DNA of 64,000 bases, from assembly GCA_051362555.1 (NCBI GenBank), contig CM120641.1:29394401-29458400 (forward strand), given 5' to 3'. Source of the DNA: Lingula anatina. Lineage: Eukaryota; Animalia; Brachiopoda. Under the pieces are notes generated by a model. It worked only from the letters and a program-made list of their open reading frames with translations, had not been told where the DNA came from and ran no database searches. The position numbers and the translations under genes are program-made. Shown here piece by piece: positions 36,337 to 50,200 of the stretch (its first letter is position 1; each line of letters opens with the position of its first letter).

Positions 36337-37376
36337 TCAAGGTTACAGGCTGTGACGAGCTTACTATATATTGCGTGCAGGGATATTTTTCTTCTATGAC
36401 ATTGAGGTTATGTGGGAAAATATCGGTTTGCCGGTTGAAAATTTAGCGCTTTAAAAACCCCAACAGTCTCATTACAGTTGCCTTACATCCTCTGTGTGGC
36501 TTCCTTGAGAATCGATCTCTACGACTGTAGCACCCATTTAAGCCACTGTCACGGTCATACTTGCGTGACACGCTTGTAATGACGTTGTGGCGGCGCACGT
36601 CAGTTTTGCCATTTGTTCTCCCCTTCCAACTTCCTCCTCCCTTCTTTCAGCTCTCTAAGCTATTTTCCCTTGCCTTTTGTAGGCATATTGGAAGCTGATT
36701 TTAGCAAAATTCAAATTTTCTCAAAATTGTAGTGCAAGTTGCATACTCGACGTTCATTGGCAAAACACGAACGTGTGCCTTGAGCACTCCGTGTGTTCGT
36801 TTTTTTTTTCTTAAGTTGTGACGCTTGCACCTTATTCAACACGCAAATGGCACTTGCTCCTTCACTGCTTGTGACGTGCCTCTTGGACCGCTTGCTCTCA
36901 CTTACTAACCTCCTTGCAAACTCCGTGCTAATGGAGCAAGTTACACTTGCGGCCTGGCAGATAATTGGTAGTTTTTTTGACATGTCCGATATCCTCCGTG
37001 CGTACTTAAGTGGCGTGCTTTCTGCGAACTCGAAATTTCGTAAGAAGGACTTGCGCGGGACGTGAGATTCCACGCAAAATTTGGAAGCAAACAGGACGCA
37101 AGAGCCCAAACGGCCGGTTGTGACCGAGGCTTAAAAGTCAGTATAAGCAAACACACAACTTTAAATCCATGCAAGTGAATTGCAATAATTTTTAGATTTC
37201 TTTACTTTTATTTTGCCTCCAAAAACCACAAAAGGCGAAATAGAAGAACAACCCAAGGTTCAACCATTATCACGATCAAGTTTTGAAGGGAAGTCCAACG
37301 AATAAATGCCCTTTAGAGAACTGTGAAATTCCACTAACTCGAGTGTTGTGTCCATGTGTGTGTGTGTGTGTGTGTG

Positions 37377-37415
<39 letters not shown>

Positions 37416-38019
37416 GTGTGTGTATGTGTGTGTGTGTGTGTTCGTGTGTGTCCGTGTGTGTATGTGTGTGTGTGTGTGTGTGTGTCCGTGTGTGTGTGTG
37501 TTTGTTACTCTTGATAAGTGTATGGGCGGCCAAAAGGGCAAAAATTCATGTCGTCGATTCAGTTATTTTTCGTCGATTCACTGCCTTCCCATCGATTCAG
37601 TTTCAAGTTTAAACGATCCTGTCATAAATTCAACATCTACTTTCGTCAATTCAATTGTCAAACATTTCTCATTTACGGTGTATTAAAACCAGTGCTGTCA
37701 CTATTTTCGTCGATCGTGTAACTATTCTATTCAGTGTCTTATACTAAACTAAGGGGCAAGCTTTTTAGTGGGTCGCCATATTTAATCCGAGCAATTCAGT
37801 CTACCAAACATTTTAAAAAAGAACTCAAAACATACCTTTTTAGGAAATATTTTGATTAACTCTTAATTGGTTTTATAAATCTTGTATTAATTGCATTTAA
37901 TTGTATGGAATAATGGCTGTTTTACCTAGATTTTATTTATGATATTTTATGTAGTATTATTTATGATATTTTATGTAAAGTCTACTGAACATTTTAAATG
38001 GATTTTAGACTTAAAATAA

Positions 38020-38078
<59 letters not shown>

Positions 38079-38947
38079 CTGTTAGTCCACTGTTCTGAAT
38101 ACGCTCTTAGGTCCCTTTGCCACCATTCAGAATGAATGATTCGAGTACCAACTGATCAGCCGATTACATATAGCAGACCACACTTCAAAAGAGATGATGG
38201 TCTCCTTGCCAACACACGTGCCATTAAATGGATGAAATTGCGGCCCCGAGGTTTAATTGCTAGGCCCCTGCAGCGACGGCGCGTGTGGAGGCGGGGAGAT
38301 CATCGAGATATCTTTTTTGAAGTGTGGTCAGCCATATTTAGTCGGCGAATTAGTTAGTTCCAGATCATCCATTCTGAATGGGACCATTTAGAACAGGGTA
38401 CTAACTTGTCCGATGGTCAAATATGACACCACTTGAAAACTTCCCAACGGGATATCTATTTAGTGTCTATTAGCAGATTAGACGGCAAGCTTTGTAGTGG
38501 GACGCCATATCTGATCTGTGGACTAGTTAGTCCCCAATCCTGAATGAGGTCTTAGTTTTAATAGTTTTCATTGGAATATTCTATTGCAGACAGTGGCAGT
38601 GCATCCTGTAGCTGCATGCAACTAACACTAATGGTAAAAAAAGTTGAAACTCCATTAACACGCATTTATATTGTAGCAAAGGAGAGAGTGGAAAAAAGTG
38701 GTTTTCGTTAAGTGCAATCAGCTTAAGCGAGTGACACGCCTCATCTTGTTTCCAACATACTCGTATAATTGACAGCTTTTCTGTATTCTACTTTACGCCG
38801 TGGGAGGCTTGTAATTCAGTTAAACTGATTGCAGTCAGCCAGAGTCCCCGCAGAGTTTGGTCGATCCACGCAGACCAGTGGTGTTTTGATGGGAAAATGG
38901 CCTCAATGATTTTTTGCAATTAACGTTTATACTTTTCTTGACCCTAG

Positions 38948-39070
38948 GTTCAAGACGAGTGAACACTCGGTCCTCATGTCTGAATGCCCCAGGCCTCCTG
39001 ACATGCTGGAATTCTGAGCTGCAATGGCTCTTTCGGTCGACACTGATCTGTGCCACTGAGTCCAACGAAG
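38948..39070 (+). CDS. Duplicate exon 2 of the secreted-protein gene (no exon 1 in this copy)
   Basis: Same splice sites and same peptide as 21795-21917. Confidence 0.6.
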
Positions 39071-39187
39071 GTACTCTCTCTCTCTCGTATTTTCTTTGGC
39101 TTCCTCTACCTGTCTGTACGTATTTTCTGTGGTCCCATCTCGATCTCTTTCCCTCTCTCTCTCTCTCCCTCTTTCCGTATTTTTTCC

Positions 39188-39323
<136 letters not shown>

Positions 39324-39687
39324 GTGTGTGTGTACGTATTTTCTTTACCCCCATCTCTCCCCCTCTCAGTAATTTACAGTAATGCGAAAAGTAAGTGTAC
39401 AGTGGCTCTTCCCTCTGTTCCCCCTTTTCTTTCTTTTCATTGATTTAAATAATAAATACTGAATGAAAATCATGAGTACTTAACAACCGAGCCCACGCAA
39501 TTGTACATGTGATTACACTATTTTGTTTCTGCCCGAAAGTCTACTAGTTTACTCATGATATATTTTCACTTTTTTTTTTTTTTTTTGCAAAGTGTTAATT
39601 ATGACAATTCTAAGAGTTCTGAAATTTATGGAAGGTGCATAATTATTTATTATAATTGATCAATTAATTCATTCCGTTTGCATTCAG

Positions 39688-39980
39688 ATCCCGCCAGAAA
39701 CGGACGGTATACATTTGACGTCATTCGTCTCGGACCGCAGCCAAGCACCAGACGCCTAAGACGTGTGTATTTGTTCGTTCCAACCGGCAGCGCAGAAATG
39801 TGCCCAGTTCTGAAAGTCAACAACGAAGACACCGGCATGGCCGCCATCTATCGCCAGTGTGGCCCGACCTGTCTGCATTACGACATCACCAACCTCGTAC
39901 CCACTCTCGGCAGATACCAACTGGATATCCAGTTCACCGGGCGTATGCTCTACCACCCTTTCATTGCCTTTCTCATGTAA
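39688..39980 (+). CDS. Duplicate exon 3 of the secreted-protein gene
   Basis: Intact; two amino-acid differences (S/R, T/N) from 22404-22696. Confidence 0.6.
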
Positions 39981-42900
39981 TCTGAATTATAAGGCATGCA
40001 AAATACTTGCGCTATAGCATCGAATGTAATACAGCTGGCATGTTTACATGGAGACGCAATACCACAGCCAACTGAGACTCAAATTGTTCTCATTTCCGAA
40101 CATTAATTTTGCTTTCGGACTTTCTGAGAGGGTCCCATGGGAGAGGGGGGGGGCGTTAAGACCACGGGAAATAAAGCCAGCAAATCACAAATCACAGTAA
40201 ATAAGATTTTATTCATATCTCATTGAAAATGCAAGCCCGGCAAGTTGAAAACCACGTATCGCTGAGTATAATGACTTCGTTTAACGACGAACGAGAAATA
40301 AAAATCAGCATTCAGATGCCGCTCTAAATAATATGAACGTTTAATGCATCTGGGGAAATAAAAAGTTGCTTTCACGGGTTACAAAAATACCCAGTGGGAC
40401 CCTCATTTAAATCTCCGTTTGAAACAAAGTGCCAATTCACCGCTTTTATTTGGACTTTCTTGGCAAGATTTTCCGTAGTTATTTGCCTTTGGTTCTCATA
40501 GACTTGAAATTAATATAACGGTACACAAAAACTCAATGCTAAAGTGTTAACAACATCTTTCAAAAAAGCGTAAATGCCTGGAAATGATTTGACGACTTGA
40601 AGATGAGTTTGCTTCGCGCAGCTCTTTTATGTTTAGCTGTTGTGATATATGTGTTGTAAGCCTTCAGTTTTAAATTCTCTAAAACAGTGCATTATGATAC
40701 AGATAGATGGATGGTTAAAGGGATCTTGCTAAAGGTATTGAACGTTTGATAGCTTGCCACATGGTATAGAGTGTGTAGTATTTGATTTTTCTCAACTTTA
40801 ATCATGACTATTTTCACAAAGGCAAATAAATACTTAGCCATAGCAAAAGATATTTTAAGAATTTTCAGTCTACGGAAATGACAGATTTTATTTAAAGAAG
40901 AAGAAAATTATGAAGATGCCTTTAATGCAATGACTGCAATGCACAAGTGGTGATACTTTGACTTTAATTTTTCTCAACTTTTATCATGACTATTTTCACA
41001 AAGGCAAAGAAATCCTTAGCCATAGCAATAGATATTTTAAGAATTTTCAGTCTACGGAAATGACAGATTTTATTCAAAGAAGAAGAAAATTTGCTGATTA
41101 TGAAAATGCCGTTAATGCAATGACTGCACTGGACAAGTGGCGATACTTTGACTGTAGATTAATTGCCGCACAACTACCTCATGATTGTTAGCAGATCTTT
41201 ATCATAATTGTTGCCTGAATGCTACTCGAAGGCATGAATGATGCGAGAATGTTTTTTTTTTTTTTTGATCCGCTTTGATATGTCACCCTTGCTTCATTAA
41301 ATGTCTTAAATTTCTTGAATTCTTGCGTTCTTGTCCTTTGTCTCTACAGTTAACAAAATAAACAAACGACAGGCCCGTTGCCAAAAATTTCAAAAGGGGG
41401 GGGTCTTTTTCTGAAAATCTTGAGCCTGAACGAACAAATAAGTAAAATTTATTAAATAGACAGTGAAATGGAAAAGACATCGTGGTATGATGGGAGCAGA
41501 CAAAAGTTTTTAAAACTTCTCTTATACGTGTAACTCACATGTAATATCAAACTAATTAGAATCATCAGAAGTTTACAACTTACGTGAAACTAAGAGTAGT
41601 TTCAGTACCTTTAACATGGCGCTTGAGAGTTAGTCACCCGCAAGCCAGGTCACCGTCCAGCTGCCCTTTGAGACTTCCTGTTTCAAGTTTTGGCACAGAT
41701 ATGTCCAGAACCTTTGTTTTTAAAGCAAATGAACTCTAGACATTCTTCTCAATAAAAGAATTTTTATACACATCATTTCAAAATCCTCACCAACCTCCTT
41801 AATTCGTTAATTATTTAATTAATTATTAATAAATTCATTAATTTATCGGTGATCGGTGAATCCAGCAGTTGCAACGCTGCTCAGAAAAAAGAATGTGAAA
41901 AAGTTTTAAGTAAACTCTTATAGTGCCCTTACTGCTTTGGGTGTATATAGAGGCACAGCAATGTGGTGCACAAAAATACACATATCCTGTTTCCTGGATT
42001 AATCTCTCCTCCTATCTTATTATTAATAAATCAATCAAATTCATAATTTTAAAATTACCCAATCAACATTGGTTTCTTAGTCACCCTCTCTTTACTTGAC
42101 GAGCGAAAATGTTCCCACTTAATTTCTGGTTGTTGGTTAGGTATAGCGACATCACACTGAAAAAAAGTGTAAATTAAGTGGACGTTAAAAAGTAATCAAA
42201 AAATTTTAGACAACGCCTGTGTATAAAACGTCCCTTTAGAGATCAATTAATGCTCTTATCGCTTCACAAAGACCCAGTGGGGAGAAACGGGAATGACGTC
42301 ACGACCAATTGGACTAAAAAATCTACTTCTCGGTCAAGATGGTGAATAAGATGCGCGTGTGTTTGTGCGTGTTTGTGTGCATGACGAAGCACACAAATAA
42401 AACGTCATGCCTCAATATGAGAACCAAGCTTAGCCTCTTAGCCTCTACAAAATATCAATTAATTGGTCTCGCATACGAATTTATTCTATCCAAATGGCGG
42501 ATGCAGGAATTTCTAAAGGGGGGGGGGGGCGCGGATGCAAACTCGACCCCCCTCTCTTGGTCTGGGGTCTGGGGACGGAAAAAAATGGCATTTTACAGGG
42601 CGAACGGTGCCACTTGGTACGGTTTAAAACTGATTCAGCGTGCCCAAATTTTAATTTCAAGAGGGGACCATTGCTGTGATTTTTTTTCATAAATTGAAGG
42701 GGGGTCAGGACCCCCCAGACACCCCCAAAAGCCGCTACTGCTTACCGAACCTTTTTACCGGGTTCTTACAGGTAATTCGTCCGGGGGGAGACTCCCTTTC
42801 ACTGGCCTCAAGGCACCCAAAAGTCAGCCATTTAGGTGACAATTTTACGTGATAGCCAAACATTTTTAGTTAGACAATTTCAGATCCTGTTATTTTCTTT

Positions 42901-43575
42901 TTGTTTTACACTGAGTTTACGTTTAATTTCACCTGTGACGCTATAGGGCACGTTGAGAGCCAAAGCGGTTCACACATTGGCGGTTTTAGCTGTGAGTAGT
43001 CTTAGCCATTTCAAACGTCCACTGTAGAGTTGCCCCGGGTATGAATGTACGGTATGTACAGTCTTGATAAACAAGGCCAATGGAGGAGGAGGGGGGGGAA
43101 TAAAAGCAAAATGTATGATTACAATTATAGCAATAGCAGCAATGTGACTTTTGAAAAAAACTTTCTTGCTGATAGTCCCAACTAGCAGATACCTTCTTTT
43201 TTCATGAAAGGGCTGTATGACATGCATAACGCCATGCCGGGTAAGGTATTGCCTCAATTCAATTTTGTTCTGTTGCGTAGTTGGTAAAGGATGGAGATCA
43301 ATGACCATTCCCGACTAAGTATCATTTTAAAGACTTTAATGCAGATAAAAGAAATATAATTGACGACACAGACTTCATGATAATGTCCAGCAATAATTTG
43401 TTGTCAAAACCAATCACTAATTCTAAACTATACCGGATTTTATGCAAAAGGCAATTTGCTGGAACACACGATTGCGTTTTCGATTGCGGGGCCAGCTCGC
43501 TGTTGTGGTAAATTGACATGCGTCATCTGGGATTTGAACTCATGACTTGCGGTCACCATGATTTGCTGATGACTT

Positions 43576-43657
<82 letters not shown>

Positions 43658-44729
43658 CAAACGCAAATTTTAGAAATGATTTCAAGAAAAAAAATAACAG
43701 TGATGATCTCAAGATTCGAACCCACGTCTAGCTGTGTATAGTCATGTTGAAGACAGTGGTGTTTTAACACACGGAACCACAGAAGCTTCGATGGTAGGGA
43801 ATGGATCATATGGAAACTTTCTACTTTCTCACAGAGAGGGCCAGATGGACTGTTCATGTACTTGTATTAATCTGCCATAACGAGAGCCGTGCATATGTAT
43901 TTCATACCGCAAATCGAAAGTCTGCAAACATGGTATTATTATCAATGTTGTTAAAGCTCATCATGTACTCGAGCACTTATTTGAAAAGCCGACACGGCTC
44001 GTTCCTAGATAGATTACGTCTTTTTTACTTTGACTATGAGTGCAATATTTTTAGAACCACCTCTAAATCCGCCACTGTATCGTATTTTTTAATATCTATC
44101 ATTATTGAAGAATCCAATAATAAACGTTGCGTCCTCTGAATTATGCCATGCAATGATCTTCATTAAAAAATATTATTTTTTTGCGAGATTACAAATTGCA
44201 CCAGTGTGTAATGTTTAGTTCCATTGCCTCGCTTTCAATAAATTAGAACTGACGCTAAAAACACGTAGTTGAAGTATTTCTTATATTGGGCGATTTCGCG
44301 CTTGAATGAGAATATCCTGGCAGCATTATCTGCACTTATCCTTCCTACAATTTTAAATGCATTACGCAATATCATTTTCAATCTGCCATACGAAGCATTT
44401 TATTTATCAAGTGTGTGCATGTGTGTGTGTGTGTGGGGGGGGGGCCTTTGGGGCCACATATAACACAATAAATACAAGTGGAATCCCCTTAAAAAAAAGT
44501 AAAAATAAATGTTATTCTAAGGAAAGTCCGCGGGACTTACCTTTTAATACATACAATCAACAGAATATTTCCAATAGAATTCCTCACAACGACACCAAAA
44601 ATACCATAAAGCCAACCAGACAGTAAACACCGACAGGCTTTGTCAATTTCACCAATTTGTTAATTTCAAACAGTGCACTTTCGAGCGCGCGCGGTCTTTG
44701 AATCCTGCGCTGCATAACGATTGTTTCCC

Positions 44730-44765
<36 letters not shown>

Positions 44766-45450
44766 GTGTGTGTGTGTGTCCTAAACTCAATATAGAGGTG
44801 CAATTGAGGTCACATGCACGCTCTTAAAAATATTTAGTGCACAGATTGCAAACTATGTTTGATTATTTCAGGGTCCCACAAGAAGAAGTTTGTATCAAAG
44901 TTTCACTGTCCGGGAACCATGAATAATAACAAATAATTCATCCTCAAATCATTTATCCTCAAAAACGAACATACCTCAAAAACGAACATACGTTACTGTC
45001 ACAAATGCAAAACGTCCAGCTGTGAAACATTTAACTCATTTTGAAGATTCAATCATCACTGGCTTTGTTTTTTGATTTATCTCCTACGAGTATAACGCAG
45101 TGAAAAATTTATAATAATTTTCTGTATAGAGCAGTTAATTGTATTTGAGCGCCTTTAGTTTGCTTGTCACTGTATATTAAAAAAAAAGCAAAAAACAAAA
45201 CAAAACAACAACAACAACAAAAAAAAAAACTGTTTTCTATTGCATCAGGTACGTGAACAAAATGAAACTTTTTGACAATTTTTCTGGGGAACATACATTA
45301 CATACTATTAGGCACGATGCAAAGCCCCTTGAGTTACAGTTTAAATATATGTATTTATAAAAAAACACACCCTTACGTCATGTAAGTCGTGTGAATGAAT
45401 CACTACAAAATATATCGGAACGCGAATGAAATTAAAATTAAATGACCCGG

Positions 45451-47183
45451 TGTAACATGAAAATCTGACTCCCATGAAAATGTGACTCCCCAGTCAGATT
45501 TTCATTATGAAAATGTGACTCCCCAGTCAGATTTTCATAATGACAATGTGACTCCCCCCATGAAAATTTGACTCCCCCTCCACAAAACTTCATATATCTT
45601 ATTTTATTTGAGTATATCACTATATGACTGTAATCGTGTAGTATGTAAAAGGAGGATAGATTGGCACATTTTTTTTTGTAGTTTGCAGTGAAAATTTTAA
45701 TGAAAAAATAAGAAGATTAAAAATGAGCACATAATGAAAATCTGACTCCCCCATGAAAATTTGACTCCCCCATCATAAAACTTCATAAATCTTATTTTAT
45801 TTTGAGTATATGTCTCTGATCTTGTAGAATGTAAAATGGAGGATACATTGGCACATTTTTTGTAGTTTGCAGTAAAAATTTTAATGAAAAAATAAGAAAA
45901 TTAAAAATTTGCACATAATGAAAATCTGACTCCCCCTCCACAAAACTTCATAAAACTTATTTTATTTTGAGTATATGTCTGTGATCTTGTAGAATGTAAA
46001 ATGGGGGATACATTGGCACATTTTTTGTAGTTTGAAGGTGAAAATTTTCATGAAAAAATAAGAAAATTAAAAATTTGCACATAATGAAAATCTGATTCCC
46101 GCATGAAATTTTGACTACCCCTCCACTGCTGGTAAAGCATTTGAACCACATGCACTGAATTTTCGCCTCCGGAGCAGCATATTCATTATGGTGTGGGGCT
46201 GCATCAGCATCCATGGCGTGGGCGAATTCAAAGTGGTTGATGGAAACATGAATCACTAGAAATATATCGATGTTTTGGAGTCAGGCTTGCTACCATCTAT
46301 TACTAACATGTTAGGTGACAGGAATTATCCATTTGTTCACCAGGATGACAATGCTCCTTGTCACAGGCCCAGAGCAGTTGATGATTGGTTTGACCAACAG
46401 GACATTCGCAGGGTGATGTGGCCTGCCCAGAGTAAGGAAGCAAACATAATAGAAAATGTGTGGAATGATATGTCAAAACTTTTGACAAATGTCCGTCTAA
46501 CCAACAGAGATACTCTGTTATATTCAGTGTTTCATGCTTGGGCCAGCATTAGCCCTGAACGCAACAGACAATTATATGAATCCTTGCCTCGTATACTGGC
46601 ACCTATTATTAGGTCACGTGGCATTTTACATGCTACAGGATCACTGTCATATACTCAAAATAAAATAAGATTTATGAAGTTTTGTTGCGGGGGATTCAAA
46701 TTTTCATAGGTGAGTCAGATTTTCATTATGTGCACATTTTTAATTTTCTCATTTTTTCATTAAAATTTTCACTGCAAACTACAAAAAATGTGCCAATGTA
46801 TCAACCATTTTACATACTACAAGATCACAGTCATATACTAAATTAATTAGAGATAAATGAATGATTTTTTGTAGGGGAGTCAAATTTTCATAGGGGAACC
46901 ACATTTTCATTATGTGCACATTTTTAATTTTTCTTTTTTTTATGAAAATTTTCACCTGCAAACTATAAAAAAGTGCCTATGTATCATCCATTCTGCATAC
47001 TACAAAATCATAGTCATTTACTCAAATAAAATGAGATTAATGAATGTTTTTTTTGGGGGGGAGTCAAAATTTCATAGGGGGAGTCAGATTTTAATTATGA
47101 AAATCTGACTGGGGAGTCACATTTTCATAATGAAAATCTGACTGGGGAGTCACATTTTAGGGGAGTCAGATTTTCATGGTACA
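45451..47183. mobile_element. Non-autonomous Ginger1-like foldback DNA transposon, copy 2
   Basis: Same TGTAAC...GGTACA termini as copy 1; CCGG at 45447-45450 and 47184-47187. Confidence 0.85.
46128..46635 (+). pseudogene. Tc1 (DD34E) transposase C-terminal fragment
   Basis: IMVWGCIS...QDDNAPCH...WPAQS...IENVW with D-to-E spacing of 34; one in-frame stop; no N-terminal half. Confidence 0.9.
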
Positions 47184-47192
47184 CCGGGTATT

Positions 47193-47240
47193 GCTTAATC
47201 TTTGGTCAAGCATATGACTACTGGCAGAATCGACCAGATA
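47193..47240 (-). pseudogene. 18S rRNA 5'-terminal ~48 nt (also 48759-48806 and 50628-50675)
   Basis: TATCTGGTCGATTCTGCCAGTAGTCATATGCTTGACCAAAGATTAAGC versus the canonical TACCTGGTTGATCCTGCCAGTAGTCATATGCTTGTCTCAAAGATTAAGC. Confidence 0.92.
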
Positions 47241-50200
47241 GCTAGTCGGTCTTTCGGAGCACGCCGGGCACTCGGGCCTCGTCGCTGCGACAGCTATACT
47301 TTTTTTTTTTTTTACCCGACGCCCGGGGGACCAGGCCAGTCGGGTTGAGCCAAGGGGCACGGAGAGCCCTCCTCCCTCCGTCGACCGACAGGGAGTTCCC
47401 ACCAACTTCACCGTCAAGGGTCGGTAAGGGTGCCGCGCCCCAAGCCGCCGTGAACGGCAGACACCTCGTACTTTTCGGGGCCCGTAGGCGGAGGACCCCA
47501 GAATCGAACGCGGGCCTTCACCTCCTTTGGAGGGCGGCCTCAGCTCTACGGACATGCTGGTCAAGCGGTTACCGGCAACCGACTTGCTTCTCGGGACCGT
47601 GCTACGCCCGGGCTGCTTTTAAGAAGCTCGGGGGCCTCTCGACCGGGTTGAGCCAAGGGGCACGGAGAGCCCTCCTCCCTTCGTCGACCGACAGGGAGTT
47701 CCCACCGACTTCATTTTTACCGTCAAGGGTCGGTAAGGGTGTCGCGCCCCAAGCCGCCGTGAACGGCAGACACCTCGTACTTTTCGGGGCCCGTAGGCGG
47801 AGGACCCCAGAATCGAACGCGGGCCTTCACCTCCTTTGGAGGGCGGCCTCAGCTCTACGGATATACTGGTCAAGCGGTTACCGGCAACCGACTTGCTTCT
47901 CGGGACCGTGCTACGCCCCGGCTGCTTTTAAGAAGCTCGTGGGCCTCTCGCCTGGGCAGCCACTGAATCGCCTTCGCCTCACAGTGAGAGAGACTTCTGC
48001 TTCGCCACGGATAGTCTTGCTCGAGCCTTGCCCGAGTGTCCGAGCTCCACTGCTCTCCACATATGTATAGTGCCGGCATTTGACTATTCGCTCGCAGCGA
48101 CCAGATAAAAGTCGAGACGGCCAGGCGTAAACCGCATTTTTTATGGCACCGTAACGAGAAGGCAGTTTTGATAAACGTTCAAGGGGCTTCGAAGCGCCTC
48201 GGCAGTGGAGGGCCGACCGGGTATTGAGTTTAACGGTCTTTGCCTGGCCTCCTGTCGGTGAATGGCAACTTTTACAGGTATGTCCCGGCTGAGGATCGAA
48301 CCCGTGCCCTACCGCACCGGAGACGAGCACTCTACCGCTTAAGCCATCCGCCCAGAGACCGCGGCGAGGAGGCAGTCCTGATCGTCGTTCAAGGGACATC
48401 GCCCTAGAGGCCTGATTGGGCTAAACGGTCTCTGGCCGGGTCTCCGGTGAACGGCGACTTGCACGAACCGCATTTTATAACGCTTCGGTAATTTGAACCG
48501 TATTTTTTTTTTTTTTTTTTTTTGTTTTCCGATCATGAGCCGTATTTTTAATGCGTGGCCTGATTTTCTTACCAGACTAGTGCGTGAACCGTATTTTTTC
48601 ACGAAATTTTTACGAGAATAGTAATAAAAAAATGATAAAGAAAAGCGGTCTTTCAAGACCAGGTTGCGTGCAGTGGACATATTTCCTTAAGGCAGACATT
48701 TGAAAGATACGTCGCCGGCTCGAGGCCACGCGATCAGCCCAAAGGTATCCCGGGTATTGCTTAATCTTTGGTCAAGCATATGAGTACTGGCAGAATCGAC
48801 CAGATAGCTAGTCGGTCTTTCGGAGCACGCCGGGCACTCGGGCCTCGTCGCTGCGACAGCTATACTTTTTTTTTTTTTTTTTTTACCCGACGCCCGGGGG
48901 ACCAGGCCAGTCGGGTTGAGCCAAGGGGCACGGAGAGCCCTCCTCCCTCCGTCGACCGACAGGGAGTTCCCACCAACTTCACCGTCAAGGGTCGGTAAGG
49001 GTGCCGCGCCCCAAGCCGCCGTGAACGGCAGACACCTCGTATCTTCAAGGGACCATAGGCGGTGGACCCCAGAATCGAACGCTGACAGTCACCTCCTTGC
49101 GAGGGCGGCCTCAGCTCTACAGACATACTGGTCAAGCGGTTACCGGCAACCGACTTGCTTCTCGGGACCGTGCTACGCCCGGGCTGCTTTTAAGAAGCTC
49201 GGGGGCCTCTCGACCGGGTTGAGCAAAGGGGCACGGAGAGCCCTCCTCCCTTCGTCGACCGACAGGGCGTTCCCACCGACTTCATTTTTACCGTCAAGGG
49301 TCTGTAACGGTGTCGCGCCCCAAGCCGCCGTGAACGGCAGACACCTCGTACTTTTCGGGGCCCGTAGGCGGAGGACCCCAGAATCGAACGCGGGCCTTCA
49401 CCTCCTTTGGAGGCGGCCTCAGCTCTACGGACATACTGGTCAAGCGGTTACCGGCAACCGACTTGCTTCTCGGGACCGTGCTACGCCCGGGCTGCTTTTA
49501 AGAAGCTCGGGGGCCTCTCTACCGGGTTGAGCCAAGGGGCACGGAGAGCCCTCCTCCCTTCGTCGACCGACAGGGAGTTCCCACCAACTTCATTTTTACC
49601 GTCAAGGGTCGGTAAGGGTGTCGCGCCCCAAGCCGCCGTGAACGGCAGACACCTCGTACTTTTCGGGGCCCGTAGGCGGAGGACCCCAGATTCGAAAGCG
49701 GACCGTCACCTCCTTGCGAGGGAGGCCTCAGCTCTACGGACATACTGGTCAAGCAGTTACCGGCAACCGACTTGCTTCTCGGGACTGTGCTACGCCCCGG
49801 CTGCTTTTAAGAAGCTCGTGGGCCTCTCGCCCGGGCAGCCACTGAATCGCCTTCGCCTCACAGTGAGAGAGACTTCTGCTTCGCCACGGATAGTCTTGCT
49901 CGAGCCTTGCCCGAGTGTCCGAGCTCCACTGCTCTCCACATATGTATAGTGCCGGCATTTGACTATTCGCTCGCAGCGACCAGATAAAAGTCGAGACGGC
50001 CAGGCGTAAACCGCATTTTTTTATGGCACCGTAACGAGAAGGCAGTTTTGATAAACGTTCAAGGGGCTTCGAAGCGCCTCGGCAGTGGAGGGCCGACCGG
50101 GTATTGAGTTAAACGGTCTTTGCCTGGCCTCCTGTCGGTGAATGGCAACTTTTACAGGTATGTCCCGGCTGAGGATCGAACCCGTGCCCTACCGCACCGG

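Noticed and set aside
45451-47183. Calling the element an ordinary Tc1 with TA TSD
   Set aside because: Empty sites in the array show a CCGG duplication and TGT...ACA ends, and only half a Tc1 ORF is present.
47340-47940. Hammerhead ribozyme in the ~300-bp subrepeat
   Set aside because: No CTGA(N)GA...GAAA core arrangement was seen on either strand by eye; other ribozyme classes were not testable without a covariance search.
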